This document shows, piece after piece, positions 36,344 to 46,670 of a stretch of DNA of 64,000 nt. A program made the translations under genes and the position numbers. The stretch spans positions 12,756 through 76,755 of the forward strand of contig CAYSCW010000009.1 of assembly GCA_964429795.1 (NCBI GenBank). The letters are read 5' to 3'. Each line of letters begins with the position of its first letter. Within the stretch, counting starts at the first letter, position 1. Origin of the DNA: an uncultured Eubacteriales bacterium. GTDB taxonomy: Bacteria > Acidobacteriota > Aminicenantia > Aminicenantales > Aminicenantaceae. Below the pieces are notes generated by a model. The model saw nothing but the letters and a program-made list of their open reading frames with translations. It was not told where the DNA came from and did no database searches.

Positions 36344-38086
36344 TTATCCTTTCTTTAGCGCTTTTTCAATCTTAGCCCAGGTGTCACGAAGAGAAACCGT
36401 GCGGTTGAAAACCAATAGGTCCACAGAAGAATCTGGATCCAAACAGAAATAACCCAGTCTGAGAAATTGAAATCGGTCCTCTGGTTTGGCATTCCCAAGA
36501 CTAGGCTCAACCTGACATCCTGTCAGGACCTCCAGAGATTTAGGATTCAGATGGCTCTTGAAATCCTCCTCAGCTTTCCCGGCGGGATCCTCCTTCAAAA
36601 ACAGTCGTTCATAGAGGCGAACTTCTGCCTTGAGAGAGTGAGGGGCTGAGACCCAGTGCAATGTCCCCCTGACTATGCGGCCATCCCTGGACCATCCCCC
36701 CCTTGTCTGTGGATCATAGGTGCAGTGAAGCTCAACCACCTCTCCTGTCCGTTCATCCTTGACCACCTTCTCACATTTTATGTAGTAGGCATGCTTAAGC
36801 CGCACCTCGCGGCCTGGGGACAAACGGAACCACTTATTAGGGGGATCCTGGCGGAAATCGTCTCGTTCAATATAGAGCTTGCGGGAAAAAGGAATCTTTC
36901 GTGTCCCCATGCCCATGTCTTCCGGGTTGTTCTCGGCATCCAGCATCTCCACTTTGCCTTCCGGGTAGTTGTCGATGATCACCCGTAACGGCTGCAAAAC
37001 CGCCATCACCCGCTGAGCCCTCTTGTTCAGATCTTCACGAAGGCAGTGCTCGAGCAGAGCGATATCCACCATGCTCTCTCTCTTGGCCACCCCGATACGG
37101 TCACAGAAATTTCTGATGGATTCCGGGGTGTAACCCCGTCTCCGCAGTCCTGATATGGTGGGCATTCTGGGATCATTCCAACCCTTCACATGACTCTCCT
37201 TGACCAGCTCCAGAAGCTTCCGTTTGCTCATCACAGTGTAGCTGAGATTGAGGCGGGCAAACTCGATCTGCTGGGGATGATGAATGCCTAGCTGATCCAG
37301 AAACCAGTCATAGAGGGGCCGGTGGTCTTCAAACTCCAGGGTGCAAATGGAGTGGGTAATTCCCTCGATAGAGTCAGATTGACCATGAGTCCAATCGTAG
37401 GTTGGATAAATACACCACTTGTCTCCTGTTCGATGATGAGAGGCCCTCAGAATTCGGTACATCACAGGATCTCGCATGTTCAAATTTGGAGAAGACATGT
37501 CGATCTTGGCCCGCAGGGTGCGAGATCCGTCGGGAAACTCACCAGCGCGCATGCGGCGAAACAGATCCAGATTCTCCTCAACTGACCGATTCCGATAAGG
37601 ACTGTCCTTGCCAGGCTCGGTCAAGGTCCCCCGGAATTCGCGAATCTCATCTGGGCTCAAATCGCAGACATAAGCCTTCCCTTTCTTGATCAACTGCTCA
37701 GCGTAATCATACAATTGTTCAAAATAGTCGGAAGCATAAAACAGACGATCTTCCCAGTTAAATCCAAGCCAGCGAACATCCTCTATGATTGACTGCACAT
37801 ATTCTTCTTCCTCTTTGATAGGGTTGGTATCATCAAAGCGCAGGTTGCAAAAACCTTTGTATCCGGCTGCAAGACCGAAATTGAGGCAGATGGATTTGGC
37901 GTGCCCGATATGAAGATAACCATTGGGTTCAGGAGGAAATCTTGTATGGACTCGTCCTCCATATTTGTCTGTTTTCAGGTCCTGTTCGATGATAGTTCGG
38001 ATAAAATCCAAGAAGGGAGCTGATTCCCCATTGGCTCCTTTCCTAACCTCTTGTCTATTTTTGCTGGCTCGTATGACATCCTTCAT
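36344..38086 (-). CDS. glnS: Glutaminyl-tRNA synthetase
   Basis: HIGH motif '[18 protein letters not shown]', KMSKS-like 'VMSKR', GlnRS-type C-terminal anticodon-binding domains. Confidence 0.85.
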   Translation of the reverse strand: MKDVIRASKNRQEVRKGANGESAPFLDFIRTIIEQDLKTDKYGGRVHTRFPPEPNGYLHIGHAKSICLNFGLAAGYKGFCNLRFDDTNPIKEEEEYVQSIIEDVRWLGFNWEDRLFYASDYFEQLYDYAEQLIKKGKAYVCDLSPDEIREFRGTLTEPGKDSPYRNRSVEENLDLFRRMRAGEFPDGSRTLRAKIDMSSPNLNMRDPVMYRILRASHHRTGDKWCIYPTYDWTHGQSDSIEGITHSICTLEFEDHRPLYDWFLDQLGIHHPQQIEFARLNLSYTVMSKRKLLELVKESHVKGWNDPRMPTISGLRRRGYTPESIRNFCDRIGVAKRESMVDIALLEHCLREDLNKRAQRVMAVLQPLRVIIDNYPEGKVEMLDAENNPEDMGMGTRKIPFSRKLYIERDDFRQDPPNKWFRLSPGREVRLKHAYYIKCEKVVKDERTGEVVELHCTYDPQTRGGWSRDGRIVRGTLHWVSAPHSLKAEVRLYERLFLKEDPAGKAEEDFKSHLNPKSLEVLTGCQVEPSLGNAKPEDRFQFLRLGYFCLDPDSSVDLLVFNRTVSLRDTWAKIEKALKKG

Positions 38087-38105
38087 GTCTCTCCTCCACA
38101 GACTC

Positions 38106-39608
38106 CTATGAACCGCCCAATTTCATAAAATCCAGAACTTCGGAAATTCGCTGGGAACAATTTTTTATGGGTTGAGGAAACTCCAGCGTGGATCCCTTTT
38201 CCACCAGGTGGATAAAGCTGTCCAGTTTCAGCCCTGATAGCCTGGCTGTCAGGGCAACCCGTAGAGGATGATAAAGGTTTTTGCCCTTGCAGCCTGTCTT
38301 GCGCTTTAAATCTTGAGTTAAGACAGCAAATTGATCATAATCGAAGCTGGAAAGCCGTGAGAGCTTCTCTGCGAAAAGAGGAATAATCCTGGAGGCACAC
38401 TCTGTTTTAAGCTCCTCTTTGCTTTCATCGTCCATCCTGGAGGGAGAAAAATGGAAAAGGATTCCCATTTCTTGGGGAAGATCTGACAATCGGTCCACGC
38501 GCTCTGCCAGGATTTCCACTGCCTCTTCCAGCCACTTCCAATGAGCCTCTGTCATTTGATCCGGCAGAAGCCCTGCCTTTTTCAAATGAGGATAAGCCAG
38601 TTTTGCTCTATCCGTCGTTTTAAGTCTTCTGATATGTTGGCGGTTGATCCAGAAGAGTTTTTTGTAGTCGAATATGGCAGAGGAGCGGCTGACTTTGGAA
38701 AGGTCGAAAAGCCCGATCAACTCCTCTTTTGTCAAGACCTCCTTGCCGTCAGGAGGAGCCCAGCCAAGGAGGGCCAGATAGTTGAAGAGCGCCTGAGACA
38801 GGATGCCTTGCTTTTCAAACTGATCGACAGCAGTGGCTCCATGGCGTTTACTCAAACGGGTGTTGTCCTTGCCCATAACCATGGAGAGATGGGCAAAATG
38901 AGGCAGGCTGAAACCGAGAGCCTGGTAGATGAGAATCTGGCGGGGGGTGTTGGAGATGTGGTCTTCTCCTCTTATCACATGGGAGATCTGCATCAGGGCA
39001 TCATCGATAACCACGGCATAGTTGTAGGCGGGAAGTCCGTTGGAACGAACAAGGATCGGATCCCCGATCAATTCCAGATCAAAAGAGAGGGTTCCCCTAA
39101 CCAAGTCATCGTAGCTGATAGTCCCTTTATCAGGAGTCCTAAGTCGGACCGTTGCCCTCTCCCCATTCTGGATCCTTTCTTTTGCCTTCTGGGGAGGAAT
39201 GCTGCGACATTGCCCACTATAAACCGGCATTTTTCCAGCCGCTATAGCCTTTCTTCTTTGTTGCTCCAACTCCTGAGGGGAGCAGAAACAGTAAAACGCT
39301 TTTTGCCCTTGGAGTAATTTCTGCGTGAAGTCCTGATAAATGTCGAGGCGCAGCGATTGGCAGTAGGGGCCGAATTTGCCCCCCACATCAGGCCCTTCTT
39401 GCCAGTCTAATCCCAGCCAGCGGAGATCCCCCTTCAGTCTTTCTTCGTACTCTTTGGTCGACCGCTCAACATCTGTGTCTTCCACCCTGAGGATAAAGAC
39501 TCCCCTCTTCTGGCGGGCAAAAAGCCAATTGAAGAGGGCTGTACGGGCATTCCCCACGTGGAGGAATCCGGTTGGACTTGGCGCAAAGCGAACCCTAGCT
39601 TTATTCAT
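38106..39608 (-). CDS. gltX: Glutamyl-tRNA synthetase
   Basis: '[22 protein letters not shown]' HIGH region and 'RLSKRHG' KMSKS motif. Confidence 0.9.
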   Translation of the reverse strand: MNKARVRFAPSPTGFLHVGNARTALFNWLFARQKRGVFILRVEDTDVERSTKEYEERLKGDLRWLGLDWQEGPDVGGKFGPYCQSLRLDIYQDFTQKLLQGQKAFYCFCSPQELEQQRRKAIAAGKMPVYSGQCRSIPPQKAKERIQNGERATVRLRTPDKGTISYDDLVRGTLSFDLELIGDPILVRSNGLPAYNYAVVIDDALMQISHVIRGEDHISNTPRQILIYQALGFSLPHFAHLSMVMGKDNTRLSKRHGATAVDQFEKQGILSQALFNYLALLGWAPPDGKEVLTKEELIGLFDLSKVSRSSAIFDYKKLFWINRQHIRRLKTTDRAKLAYPHLKKAGLLPDQMTEAHWKWLEEAVEILAERVDRLSDLPQEMGILFHFSPSRMDDESKEELKTECASRIIPLFAEKLSRLSSFDYDQFAVLTQDLKRKTGCKGKNLYHPLRVALTARLSGLKLDSFIHLVEKGSTLEFPQPIKNCSQRISEVLDFMKLGGS

Positions 39609-39802
39609 CAGGAATCATATTAATATCCAAAAAGAGCGCAGTCAAGCCGCTCTGCATCAAGCATTTATTCATAATGGGGCCTAGTTTGTCCATTAAACAA
39701 GAAAAAATCAATTTAGGAAAATCAAGAAGGCCTGACCCCGACGCAACCTTTTTCTGGTTTGTTGCGTATATATAGATGATAGAAATGAGAAAGGAGACTT
39801 AG

Positions 39803-39988
39803 ATGAAATTCAAAACAAAAGTTGCCATTCTTCTCGCTGCCGTGCTGCTGACCCTCCTGGGATTCAATCTGATCGCCTCTTCTGGCGCGGTTGAACTTGT
39901 CAAGATTGGAAAACAAGCTGGCTATGAAATCATTTCCAACTATTTGGCCAAGGCAGATACGGCCTCTCATCATTCCTTCAAAGGATAA
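39803..39988 (+). CDS. Small secreted/membrane protein (61 aa)
   Basis: AGGAG RBS 7 nt upstream; signal peptide [29 protein letters not shown]; a terminator follows at 40126-40169. Confidence 0.45.
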   Translation: MKFKTKVAILLAAVLLTLLGFNLIASSGAVELVKIGKQAGYEIISNYLAKADTASHHSFKG

Positions 39989-40125
39989 GACCTAGTGAAA
40001 AAAGGAATGATGAGTGTCATCACCAAAATTTGGGAATGGTTGTTCATTGATTTTGAGAGCTGCGAGCTCTCCATTTCCAGAGGCAGATTAAGCCTTTCCA
40101 GACAACCGATTCCCCTCCACTAAGA

Positions 40126-40169
40126 GGCTGCAGTTTCTTCTCCGAAAGAAAAACTGCAGCCTTTTTTTA
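40126..40169 (+). terminator. Rho-independent terminator
   Basis: GGCTGCAGTTT … AAACTGCAGCC, an 11-bp perfect stem followed by TTTTTTT. Confidence 0.7.
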
Positions 40170-40256
40170 TCCTCCCCCTATTCCTTAACCCACCATTCGG
40201 ATAAAAATTTTCCTTCTTGGCGAAATCTCCCCGGTAACTTGCCCGCCTTTGGCTGA

Positions 40257-40739
40257 CTATTCTTCCTTCTTGATCAAGACCTGCGCCCAAGCAGCGATGG
40301 CTTCACTCCGCCCGATCAATCCTATCCCTTCATGGGTCTTGGCTTTGATACCCAAGTCTTCTTTTTGAACATCAAGAAGAGGACACAAGACATCTTTCAT
40401 CCGAGAAATATGAGGACACAGCTTTGGCTCTTCGGCGATGATTATTGAATCAATGTTTAAGATTTTGAACCCTCTCTCCCTGAGTGTGCTCACCACTTCT
40501 TTAAGCAGCTTTGTACTCTGCATGTCTTTGTATTTAGGGTCTGAATCGGGAAACATCTGCCCGATGTCTTTCTCTCCCATGGCTCCCAAGAGCCCGTCGA
40601 TGATAGCATGAATCAGGCAATCCCCATCGGAATGTCCGATAAGGCCTTGGGCAAAGGGAATCTCCGTCCCTCCCAAAATGAGTTTTCTCCCCCTTTTGAG
40701 CCGATGTATATCAAAGCCAAGCCCTGCTTTAATCTGCAA
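40257..40739 (-). CDS. ispF: 2-C-methyl-D-erythritol 2,4-cyclodiphosphate synthase
   Basis: 'GLGFDIHRL…GHSDGDCLIHAIIDGLLGA' conserved IspF motifs. Confidence 0.9.
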   Translation of the reverse strand: MQIKAGLGFDIHRLKRGRKLILGGTEIPFAQGLIGHSDGDCLIHAIIDGLLGAMGEKDIGQMFPDSDPKYKDMQSTKLLKEVVSTLRERGFKILNIDSIIIAEEPKLCPHISRMKDVLCPLLDVQKEDLGIKAKTHEGIGLIGRSEAIAAWAQVLIKKEE

Positions 40740-41394
40740 GAAGAGCCTCCGCTATATGGATATCTTCCGGGCCGGTGATTTTGATATTTTGTGTATCTCC
40801 TTCCACAATATACACCTTCTCTCCTATCCGTTCTACCAAGGAGGCTTCATCCGTCCCGTAAAAACTGTCTTCCTTTGCCTTTCTCAAGGCCCTCTCAAGC
40901 GTTGTGTAGAGGAATCCCTGGGGTGTTTGAACCTTGAAAAGAGTCAACCTGTCTAACGTCTTCACCACCCTCTCCTCCTCAACCCGTTTGATCGTATCCT
41001 CAAGCGAAAGGGCAGGGATGGCCGCACCTTTCTGCTCTGCAGCCTCGATGACCCTGGAGATCAAATCCTTCCCTACCAGAGGTCTAACTCCATCGTGAAC
41101 GAGAACGATATCTGCCTGGTCTGGCTGAAGTTGATTGAAACCTGCCATCACTGAGTCCTGTCTCTTTTCTCCTCCCCTGACCACTGCCGCCAATTTTTTA
41201 TAGCGGTTGAGGTACTTTTCTCTAAGCCAATCCTCTCTCACCACCAGGATGATCTCTGTCACCTTCATATGTTCCTCAAAGGTCTCCAGTGTTCTGTCCA
41301 AAATAGGTTTTCCTTTCAGAAGCGCAAACTGTTTGGCGCTGCCAAACCGCTTTCCCTCACCAGCCGCAACGATAATGGCGGAAACCTTCTTCAT
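40729..41394 (-). CDS. ispD: 2-C-methyl-D-erythritol 4-phosphate cytidylyltransferase
   Basis: 'AIIVAAGEGKRFG' nucleotide-binding motif; overlaps ispF by 11 nt. Confidence 0.9.
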   Translation of the reverse strand: MKKVSAIIVAAGEGKRFGSAKQFALLKGKPILDRTLETFEEHMKVTEIILVVREDWLREKYLNRYKKLAAVVRGGEKRQDSVMAGFNQLQPDQADIVLVHDGVRPLVGKDLISRVIEAAEQKGAAIPALSLEDTIKRVEEERVVKTLDRLTLFKVQTPQGFLYTTLERALRKAKEDSFYGTDEASLVERIGEKVYIVEGDTQNIKITGPEDIHIAEALLAD

Positions 41395-42380
41395 TTCGAT
41401 TCCTCGTTGTAGCGTCCGAATATCATCTTGCCCACGGTGGTCTGGAGCACAGAGGTGACGGTGATGTCGATATTCCGGCCGATCATCTTCCTCGAGTTAT
41501 CCACCACCACCATGGTTCCGTCGTCCAAGTAGGCCACTCCTTGATCCTTTTCCTTGCCTTCTTTGAGGATAAAAACTCTCATGGTCTCTCCTGGAAGCAC
41601 CACGGGCTTCAAGGCGCTGGCCAGCTCGTTGATGTTGAGCACAGTAATGCCCTGGAGCTGGGCAACCTTGTTGAGGTTGAAATCGTTGGTGATGATCTTC
41701 CCATCCAGATGCTTGGCCAGTTCAATCAGTTTGGAATCCACATCCCTGGTTTCGGGAAAATCCATCTCAGAGATAACGGTAGAGACTCGAGAGGACTTCT
41801 GAAGACGGTCCAGGACCTCTAATCCCCTTCTTCCTCTCTGTCTTTTCATGCCATCGGCGGAATCCGCCACCAGCTGGAGTTCTTTAAGGATAAATTGAGG
41901 GATCACAAGGGTACCTTCCACGAAGGCTGTATCGCAGATATCTGCGATGCGGCCATCGATGATAACGCTTGTATCGAGGATCTTGTAGCTTCGTCCCACA
42001 CTTTTCTCTCTAAAAAAACGAAAGAGGTAGGCTGGATCCAGCCATTCGAACTTCTGGGTTCCCACCAGAAACCCGATGTAAGGCATGATGATGAGAAAAA
42101 AGATCCTGATGAAGTAGGTGGTGGAGTTGTCTCGAGCCACAGCTTGATAAATGGAACCAAGCCCCCAACCCAAGAGAACTCCGGCAAAGGTGCCCACCGT
42201 TGAGCTCCAGATGATTTTAAACTCGCTTTTCCTGATTCTGGTTTCAAGGTAGGTGATGATGGCGCTCAACAGAAAGCCGAGGATAGCTCCTTGATAGCGC
42301 GACAGATTAAAGGGAGGGAAAAAATAGCCCGTCGCCGTTATTAAGGCAACAACGATGATACGAAAAATATGCATGCCCAT
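41391..42380 (-). CDS. yacL: PIN/TRAM-domain membrane protein, YacL-like
   Basis: N-terminal TM helices, a PIN domain (ILDTSVIIDGRI…) and a C-terminal TRAM-like domain; radA-yacL-ispD-ispF synteny. Confidence 0.7.
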   Translation of the reverse strand: MGMHIFRIIVVALITATGYFFPPFNLSRYQGAILGFLLSAIITYLETRIRKSEFKIIWSSTVGTFAGVLLGWGLGSIYQAVARDNSTTYFIRIFFLIIMPYIGFLVGTQKFEWLDPAYLFRFFREKSVGRSYKILDTSVIIDGRIADICDTAFVEGTLVIPQFILKELQLVADSADGMKRQRGRRGLEVLDRLQKSSRVSTVISEMDFPETRDVDSKLIELAKHLDGKIITNDFNLNKVAQLQGITVLNINELASALKPVVLPGETMRVFILKEGKEKDQGVAYLDDGTMVVVDNSRKMIGRNIDITVTSVLQTTVGKMIFGRYNEESK

Positions 42381-42392
42381 AATGACATTTCC

Positions 42393-43748
42393 TCAAAATA
42401 TGATTCTCAAGGCCTCTCTGATATTATTGACTCCAATCAGTTCTAGAGAGAGTCTCTCTTCCTTCTCCAAGTGAGTCAGATTCCCCTTGGGAAGGATGAC
42501 TCTTTTAAAACCCAGAGAGTGGGCTTCTTTAAGCCTTGCAAGGGGCTGGCTGACTGAGCGAATTTCTCCACTCAAGCCGACCTCTCCGAAGACCGAAATG
42601 TCGGCGGGAATTGGTTTATTCTTGATACAGGAAACCACGGCCAAGATGACGCCTAAATCTGTGGCCGGCTCGTCAACCGCCAAGCCTCCGGCCACATTGA
42701 GATAAATGTCCTCTCCGGCAAAGCTAAGGCCTAGCCTTCTCTCCACAATCGCCAGCAGCATAGAAGCTCGAAAATGATCGAGGCCAATGGTCATTCTTCG
42801 CGGATTCCCGCTGAATAAGGTGGGGGAGACAAGAGCCTGTATTTCAGCCAGCAAAGGTCGCGATCCTTTGATAGTGCAGACCACAACACTTCCCGCCTCA
42901 TCGATCGGTCTTTCTTTTAAGAAGAAGGAAGAAGGATTAGGAATGACTTCGAGGCCATGGCCACCCATCTCAAAAATGGCCAGCTCTGAAACTGGGCCAA
43001 ACCTGTTCTTCAGAGCCCGCAGCACGCGATAAGCATGATCCCGTTCGCCCTCAAAATAGAGGACCACATCCACCATGTGCTCCAATGATTTCGGGCCGGC
43101 CAGAGATCCTTCTTTGGTGATATGACCGATAAGGAAAGAGGAGACATCATTCCTCTTGGCAAAGCGAAACACCTGATTGGCCACCTCCCGCACTTGACTG
43201 ATGGTCCCGGGGCTTGAAGAAAGCTTGGAAGAGAAAACCGCCTGAATGGAATCCAAAACAAAGATTTGAGGCGATAATTTTTCGGCTTGAGCGATGATTC
43301 TCTCCAGGTTGTTCTCGGCCAGGAGGTAGAGCTTCCCGTTGCCCAGGCCGAGCCTTTCACCCCGAATCTTGATTTGCTCCAGAGATTCCTCCCCTGAAAC
43401 ATAGAAGACTTTCTCTCCCTGAGCCGAAAAATCACGGCTTAGCTGAAGCAGGAGTGTGGACTTTCCGATTCCAGGCTCACCCCCGATCAGCACCAAAGAT
43501 CCCAGAACAACGCCCCCGCCAAAGACTCTGTTCAACTCCTCAAGTTGTGTCTTGAATCTCTCCCTTTTTGTCTCTTTGATCTCTTCATAGAGAAGGGGCT
43601 TTGAGGGAGGAAAGGCTATCTCGGCACTTACCTCTTCCTCGACTTCTTCGATCAAAGTGTTCCACTCCCCACAGCTAGGACACCTCCCCATCCATTTGGG
43701 GGAATTAAATCCACAGTTCTGACAGATAAAAGCGGTCTTTTGCTTCAT
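42393..43748 (-). CDS. radA: DNA repair protein RadA/Sms
   Basis: N-terminal C4 zinc finger (CQNCGF…CPSCGEW), RecA-like Walker A 'GGEPGIGKSTLLLQ', Lon-protease-like C-terminal domain. Confidence 0.9.
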   Translation of the reverse strand: MKQKTAFICQNCGFNSPKWMGRCPSCGEWNTLIEEVEEEVSAEIAFPPSKPLLYEEIKETKRERFKTQLEELNRVFGGGVVLGSLVLIGGEPGIGKSTLLLQLSRDFSAQGEKVFYVSGEESLEQIKIRGERLGLGNGKLYLLAENNLERIIAQAEKLSPQIFVLDSIQAVFSSKLSSSPGTISQVREVANQVFRFAKRNDVSSFLIGHITKEGSLAGPKSLEHMVDVVLYFEGERDHAYRVLRALKNRFGPVSELAIFEMGGHGLEVIPNPSSFFLKERPIDEAGSVVVCTIKGSRPLLAEIQALVSPTLFSGNPRRMTIGLDHFRASMLLAIVERRLGLSFAGEDIYLNVAGGLAVDEPATDLGVILAVVSCIKNKPIPADISVFGEVGLSGEIRSVSQPLARLKEAHSLGFKRVILPKGNLTHLEKEERLSLELIGVNNIREALRIIF

Positions 43749-45109
43749 TGAAGGCCTAACCCAAATCCAAAGAAGAGCTCCCTCTTGGATGCTAAAGTGA
43801 AATCATCTATTCCCAAGAGGAGGTACAGATATTTGGAAACAGCATATCTTGTCCACAATCTCAATTGGGGCCGCGGGCTGCGGTTAAAATCAAATCCCTC
43901 AAAAGAAACCAGCAACCGATCCTGAAGAGCATAGACATCCACACCGGCTCCAACATTGGATTCCATAATACCAGCTCTGGGGGAGAACGCCCCCCACCGT
44001 ATACCCGCCTGCACTGAGTAGACAAATCGCTCCAGCCACGGATCCCGAATGACCTGCCCCATGAGAAACTTATCCGAGGCCGGCCATAGTCGGAAAGAGA
44101 GCGTGGGTTTCATCAATTGACTCTCGCCGTAATAATCGACCCTCAACCCCAGAGAGAACCGTAATTCAGAGAAGGGATGGATGACCCTCTGCATTTCGCC
44201 CACTGTCTCCTGTGCATCTTCATAAAGATCTGGCTGCTGAATCAGCTTCCCCAGGGTTCCTTCTCCCTTGTTGATTCTCTCCAATGACTCGTTCAACAGC
44301 TTCAAAGATTCCCCTGTCTTACGAATCAACTCTTTTATGCTTTTCATGTTTATTTTAATTTCCTCTCTATTTTCCTGGACTGTATCCTTGAGGAGCATGA
44401 TCAGCTCATCCAGATTATGAGCAACTTCCTCCACCCTCTCATCGAACTTCTGGATGGCCTGGGAGGGCATATTCAGGCTGCGGTTGATCTCGTCCTTGTT
44501 CTCTCCTAAAATATCCCTCAGATCTGTGGTTAAGGCTGATAGATTCTCCAAGGTCCCACGAAAGTTCGCTCTAGCCTCCTCGCTGCCGATCAGCCCTCTA
44601 ATACCCTTTCCCGCCTCCTTGACTTCCTCGCCAATAGAAAGCAACAAAGTGCCGATCTGGTCAAAGCTGACCGGGGGGAGACCTTCGATGGTCTCCTGCG
44701 GTTGGTAATACTGCTGGCTTTCTCCAGGTAAGATCTCAACGTATTTCTCTCCCAACAGTCCCAACGCTGCCAGGGTGGCCTTTGATCCTAAAGGGACCTT
44801 GACTTCGGGATTGAGAGTCATCTCCACTTGGGCTCGGTTTCTCTCCAGCCGAATGTCCTTCACATACCCCGCCTTAACACCAGCCATCCTCACCACGGCA
44901 CGCTTCTCCAAACCAGCCACTGAATCAAAGCTGACAAAGAGGGAATATCCTTTCTTTTGGAAAAACACACTCAGGTCTCCAACGATGAAGATGAAAAGGG
45001 CTAGTATGACCAGAGCTATGGCGATGAACATGCCGATTTTAAATTCCCGCTTCATCAACATCTCCTCGTCAACAAAACACTCTTTTCTTTTACCACGTTC
45101 CTCTACCAA
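43745..45109 (-). CDS. MCE-domain (MlaD-like) protein with a long coiled-coil C-terminal extension
   Basis: N-terminal TM helix, a single MCE domain, about 250 aa of helical extension; downstream of mlaE and mlaF. Confidence 0.7.
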   Translation of the reverse strand: MVEERGKRKECFVDEEMLMKREFKIGMFIAIALVILALFIFIVGDLSVFFQKKGYSLFVSFDSVAGLEKRAVVRMAGVKAGYVKDIRLERNRAQVEMTLNPEVKVPLGSKATLAALGLLGEKYVEILPGESQQYYQPQETIEGLPPVSFDQIGTLLLSIGEEVKEAGKGIRGLIGSEEARANFRGTLENLSALTTDLRDILGENKDEINRSLNMPSQAIQKFDERVEEVAHNLDELIMLLKDTVQENREEIKINMKSIKELIRKTGESLKLLNESLERINKGEGTLGKLIQQPDLYEDAQETVGEMQRVIHPFSELRFSLGLRVDYYGESQLMKPTLSFRLWPASDKFLMGQVIRDPWLERFVYSVQAGIRWGAFSPRAGIMESNVGAGVDVYALQDRLLVSFEGFDFNRSPRPQLRLWTRYAVSKYLYLLLGIDDFTLASKRELFFGFGLGLQ

Positions 45110-45852
45110 TTGACAATAGGCCCCGCGGCACGGCCGTGGATGAACTGCTGGATCACTGGATTTTGGGCCTTCCTGATCTCTTCGGGGGTTCCGATCTCGA
45201 TGATTCGTCCCTCATAGAGCATAGCAATCCTGTCGGCAACCTTGTAAGAGCTCTTCATATCATGAGTGATGGTCACCGAGGTCACCCCCAGCTCCTTCTT
45301 CATCATGTTGATCAAGTCGTTAATGGCATCGGCCCGGATGGGATCAATTCCTGTGGAAGGCTCGTCATAAAGGATGATTTCTGGGTTATAGGCAATCGCC
45401 CGGGCCAATCCGACTCTTTTCTTCATCCCCCCGCTGAGTTCATGGGGCATGAGGCTCTCCACTCCTCGAAGGCCCACTTTGGCCAGGCTCTCCTTGACCA
45501 ATTCATTGATTTTCTGAGGGGGAAAATTCATGTACCTCTCTAGGCCAAACCCAACATTCTGGGCCACAGTCATGGAGTCGAAAAGGGCTGAGCTCTGAAA
45601 AAGCATCCCAAACTTACGGGTCACCTTGTGAAGCTCAGCCTCTCTGAGTCGGGTTATCTCCACTCCATCAATATAGATTTCCCCTCGATCAGGCTTAATC
45701 AGTCCGATGAGATGTTTGATTAAAACACTCTTTCCTGAACCACTCTGGCCGATAATGACCATCGTCTCCCCGCGTTCGATCTCCAGGTTCACGCCACGCA
45801 ACACTTTGTTGGATCCAAAAGATTTGTGAAGGTCAACGATATGAATCATCAT
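45103..45852 (-). CDS. mlaF: Mla-type ABC transporter ATP-binding protein
   Basis: Walker A GQSGSGKS, signature LSGGMKKRVGLARA, Walker B ILYDEPSTG. Confidence 0.8.
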   Translation of the reverse strand: MMIHIVDLHKSFGSNKVLRGVNLEIERGETMVIIGQSGSGKSVLIKHLIGLIKPDRGEIYIDGVEITRLREAELHKVTRKFGMLFQSSALFDSMTVAQNVGFGLERYMNFPPQKINELVKESLAKVGLRGVESLMPHELSGGMKKRVGLARAIAYNPEIILYDEPSTGIDPIRADAINDLINMMKKELGVTSVTITHDMKSSYKVADRIAMLYEGRIIEIGTPEEIRKAQNPVIQQFIHGRAAGPIVNW

Positions 45853-46670
45853 TTTAAGGTTGCCGGAAGGGCCTTGCTGAGAAAAAAATTGACGATCAAG
45901 ATACTGATGCTGGAGAGAACTACAGTCCGGGTGGTTGCCCGGCCTACCCCTTCTGCTCCACCCTCAGCCCTCAATCCTTGCCAGCAGCCGACAATGGCGA
46001 TGATAACTCCGAAAACCGCCGATTTGACGAGGCCACTGACTACATCCCAAAGTTCGAGATAGAGAAGGGTATTCTTGAGATAGACAATCCTGTTGACTCC
46101 CATGATAAACACATTATAGATAAAGCCTGCAGCGATTCCGATGATATCTCCATAGAGAGTCAGCAAAGGAAGCATGATAAAACAAGCCATAATCCTGGGG
46201 ACAACCAGATACTTGTTAGGATCAGCGCCCAGGGTAAAGAGAGCATCGACCTGCTCGGTAATCTTCATGGTTCCAATCTCAGCAGCCATGGCTGACCCGA
46301 CTCTTCCTGAAACCATCAGCCCTACTAGTATGGGGATGAGTTCTTTGGAGAGACCGAGGGAAATTATAGGCCCTCCAAAAGCCTCTGATCCTGGCCCCAC
46401 ATACCGGTGAAAACCGATGTAGGTCTGGAGTCCGAACACAAGCCCACCAAAGGCGGCGGTCAAAGAGACCACAGGGAATGAACGTACCCCTACCTCTTCC
46501 ATTTGCTGGAGGAAAATCTTCTTTTCCCATGGCTTCCGAAAAATATTCTTAAAGCTTCTCAGGGTCAGGAGTCCCAGCTCTCCCAGCTGCTGGAAAAAAA
46601 GATACAGAAGAGAAGACCTTTCTCGATGGAACATTTTAGGCTTCAAAAGAGCGGTACTCCATATCTGCAA
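45849..46670 (-). CDS. mlaE: Mla-type ABC transporter permease
   Basis: MlaE-family permease of 273 aa with multiple TM helices. Confidence 0.8.
   Translation of the reverse strand: MQIWSTALLKPKMFHRERSSLLYLFFQQLGELGLLTLRSFKNIFRKPWEKKIFLQQMEEVGVRSFPVVSLTAAFGGLVFGLQTYIGFHRYVGPGSEAFGGPIISLGLSKELIPILVGLMVSGRVGSAMAAEIGTMKITEQVDALFTLGADPNKYLVVPRIMACFIMLPLLTLYGDIIGIAAGFIYNVFIMGVNRIVYLKNTLLYLELWDVVSGLVKSAVFGVIIAIVGCWQGLRAEGGAEGVGRATTRTVVLSSISILIVNFFLSKALPATLK

Noticed and set aside
38541-39317. 258-aa plus-strand ORF opposite gltX
   Set aside because: Antisense to glutamyl-tRNA synthetase.
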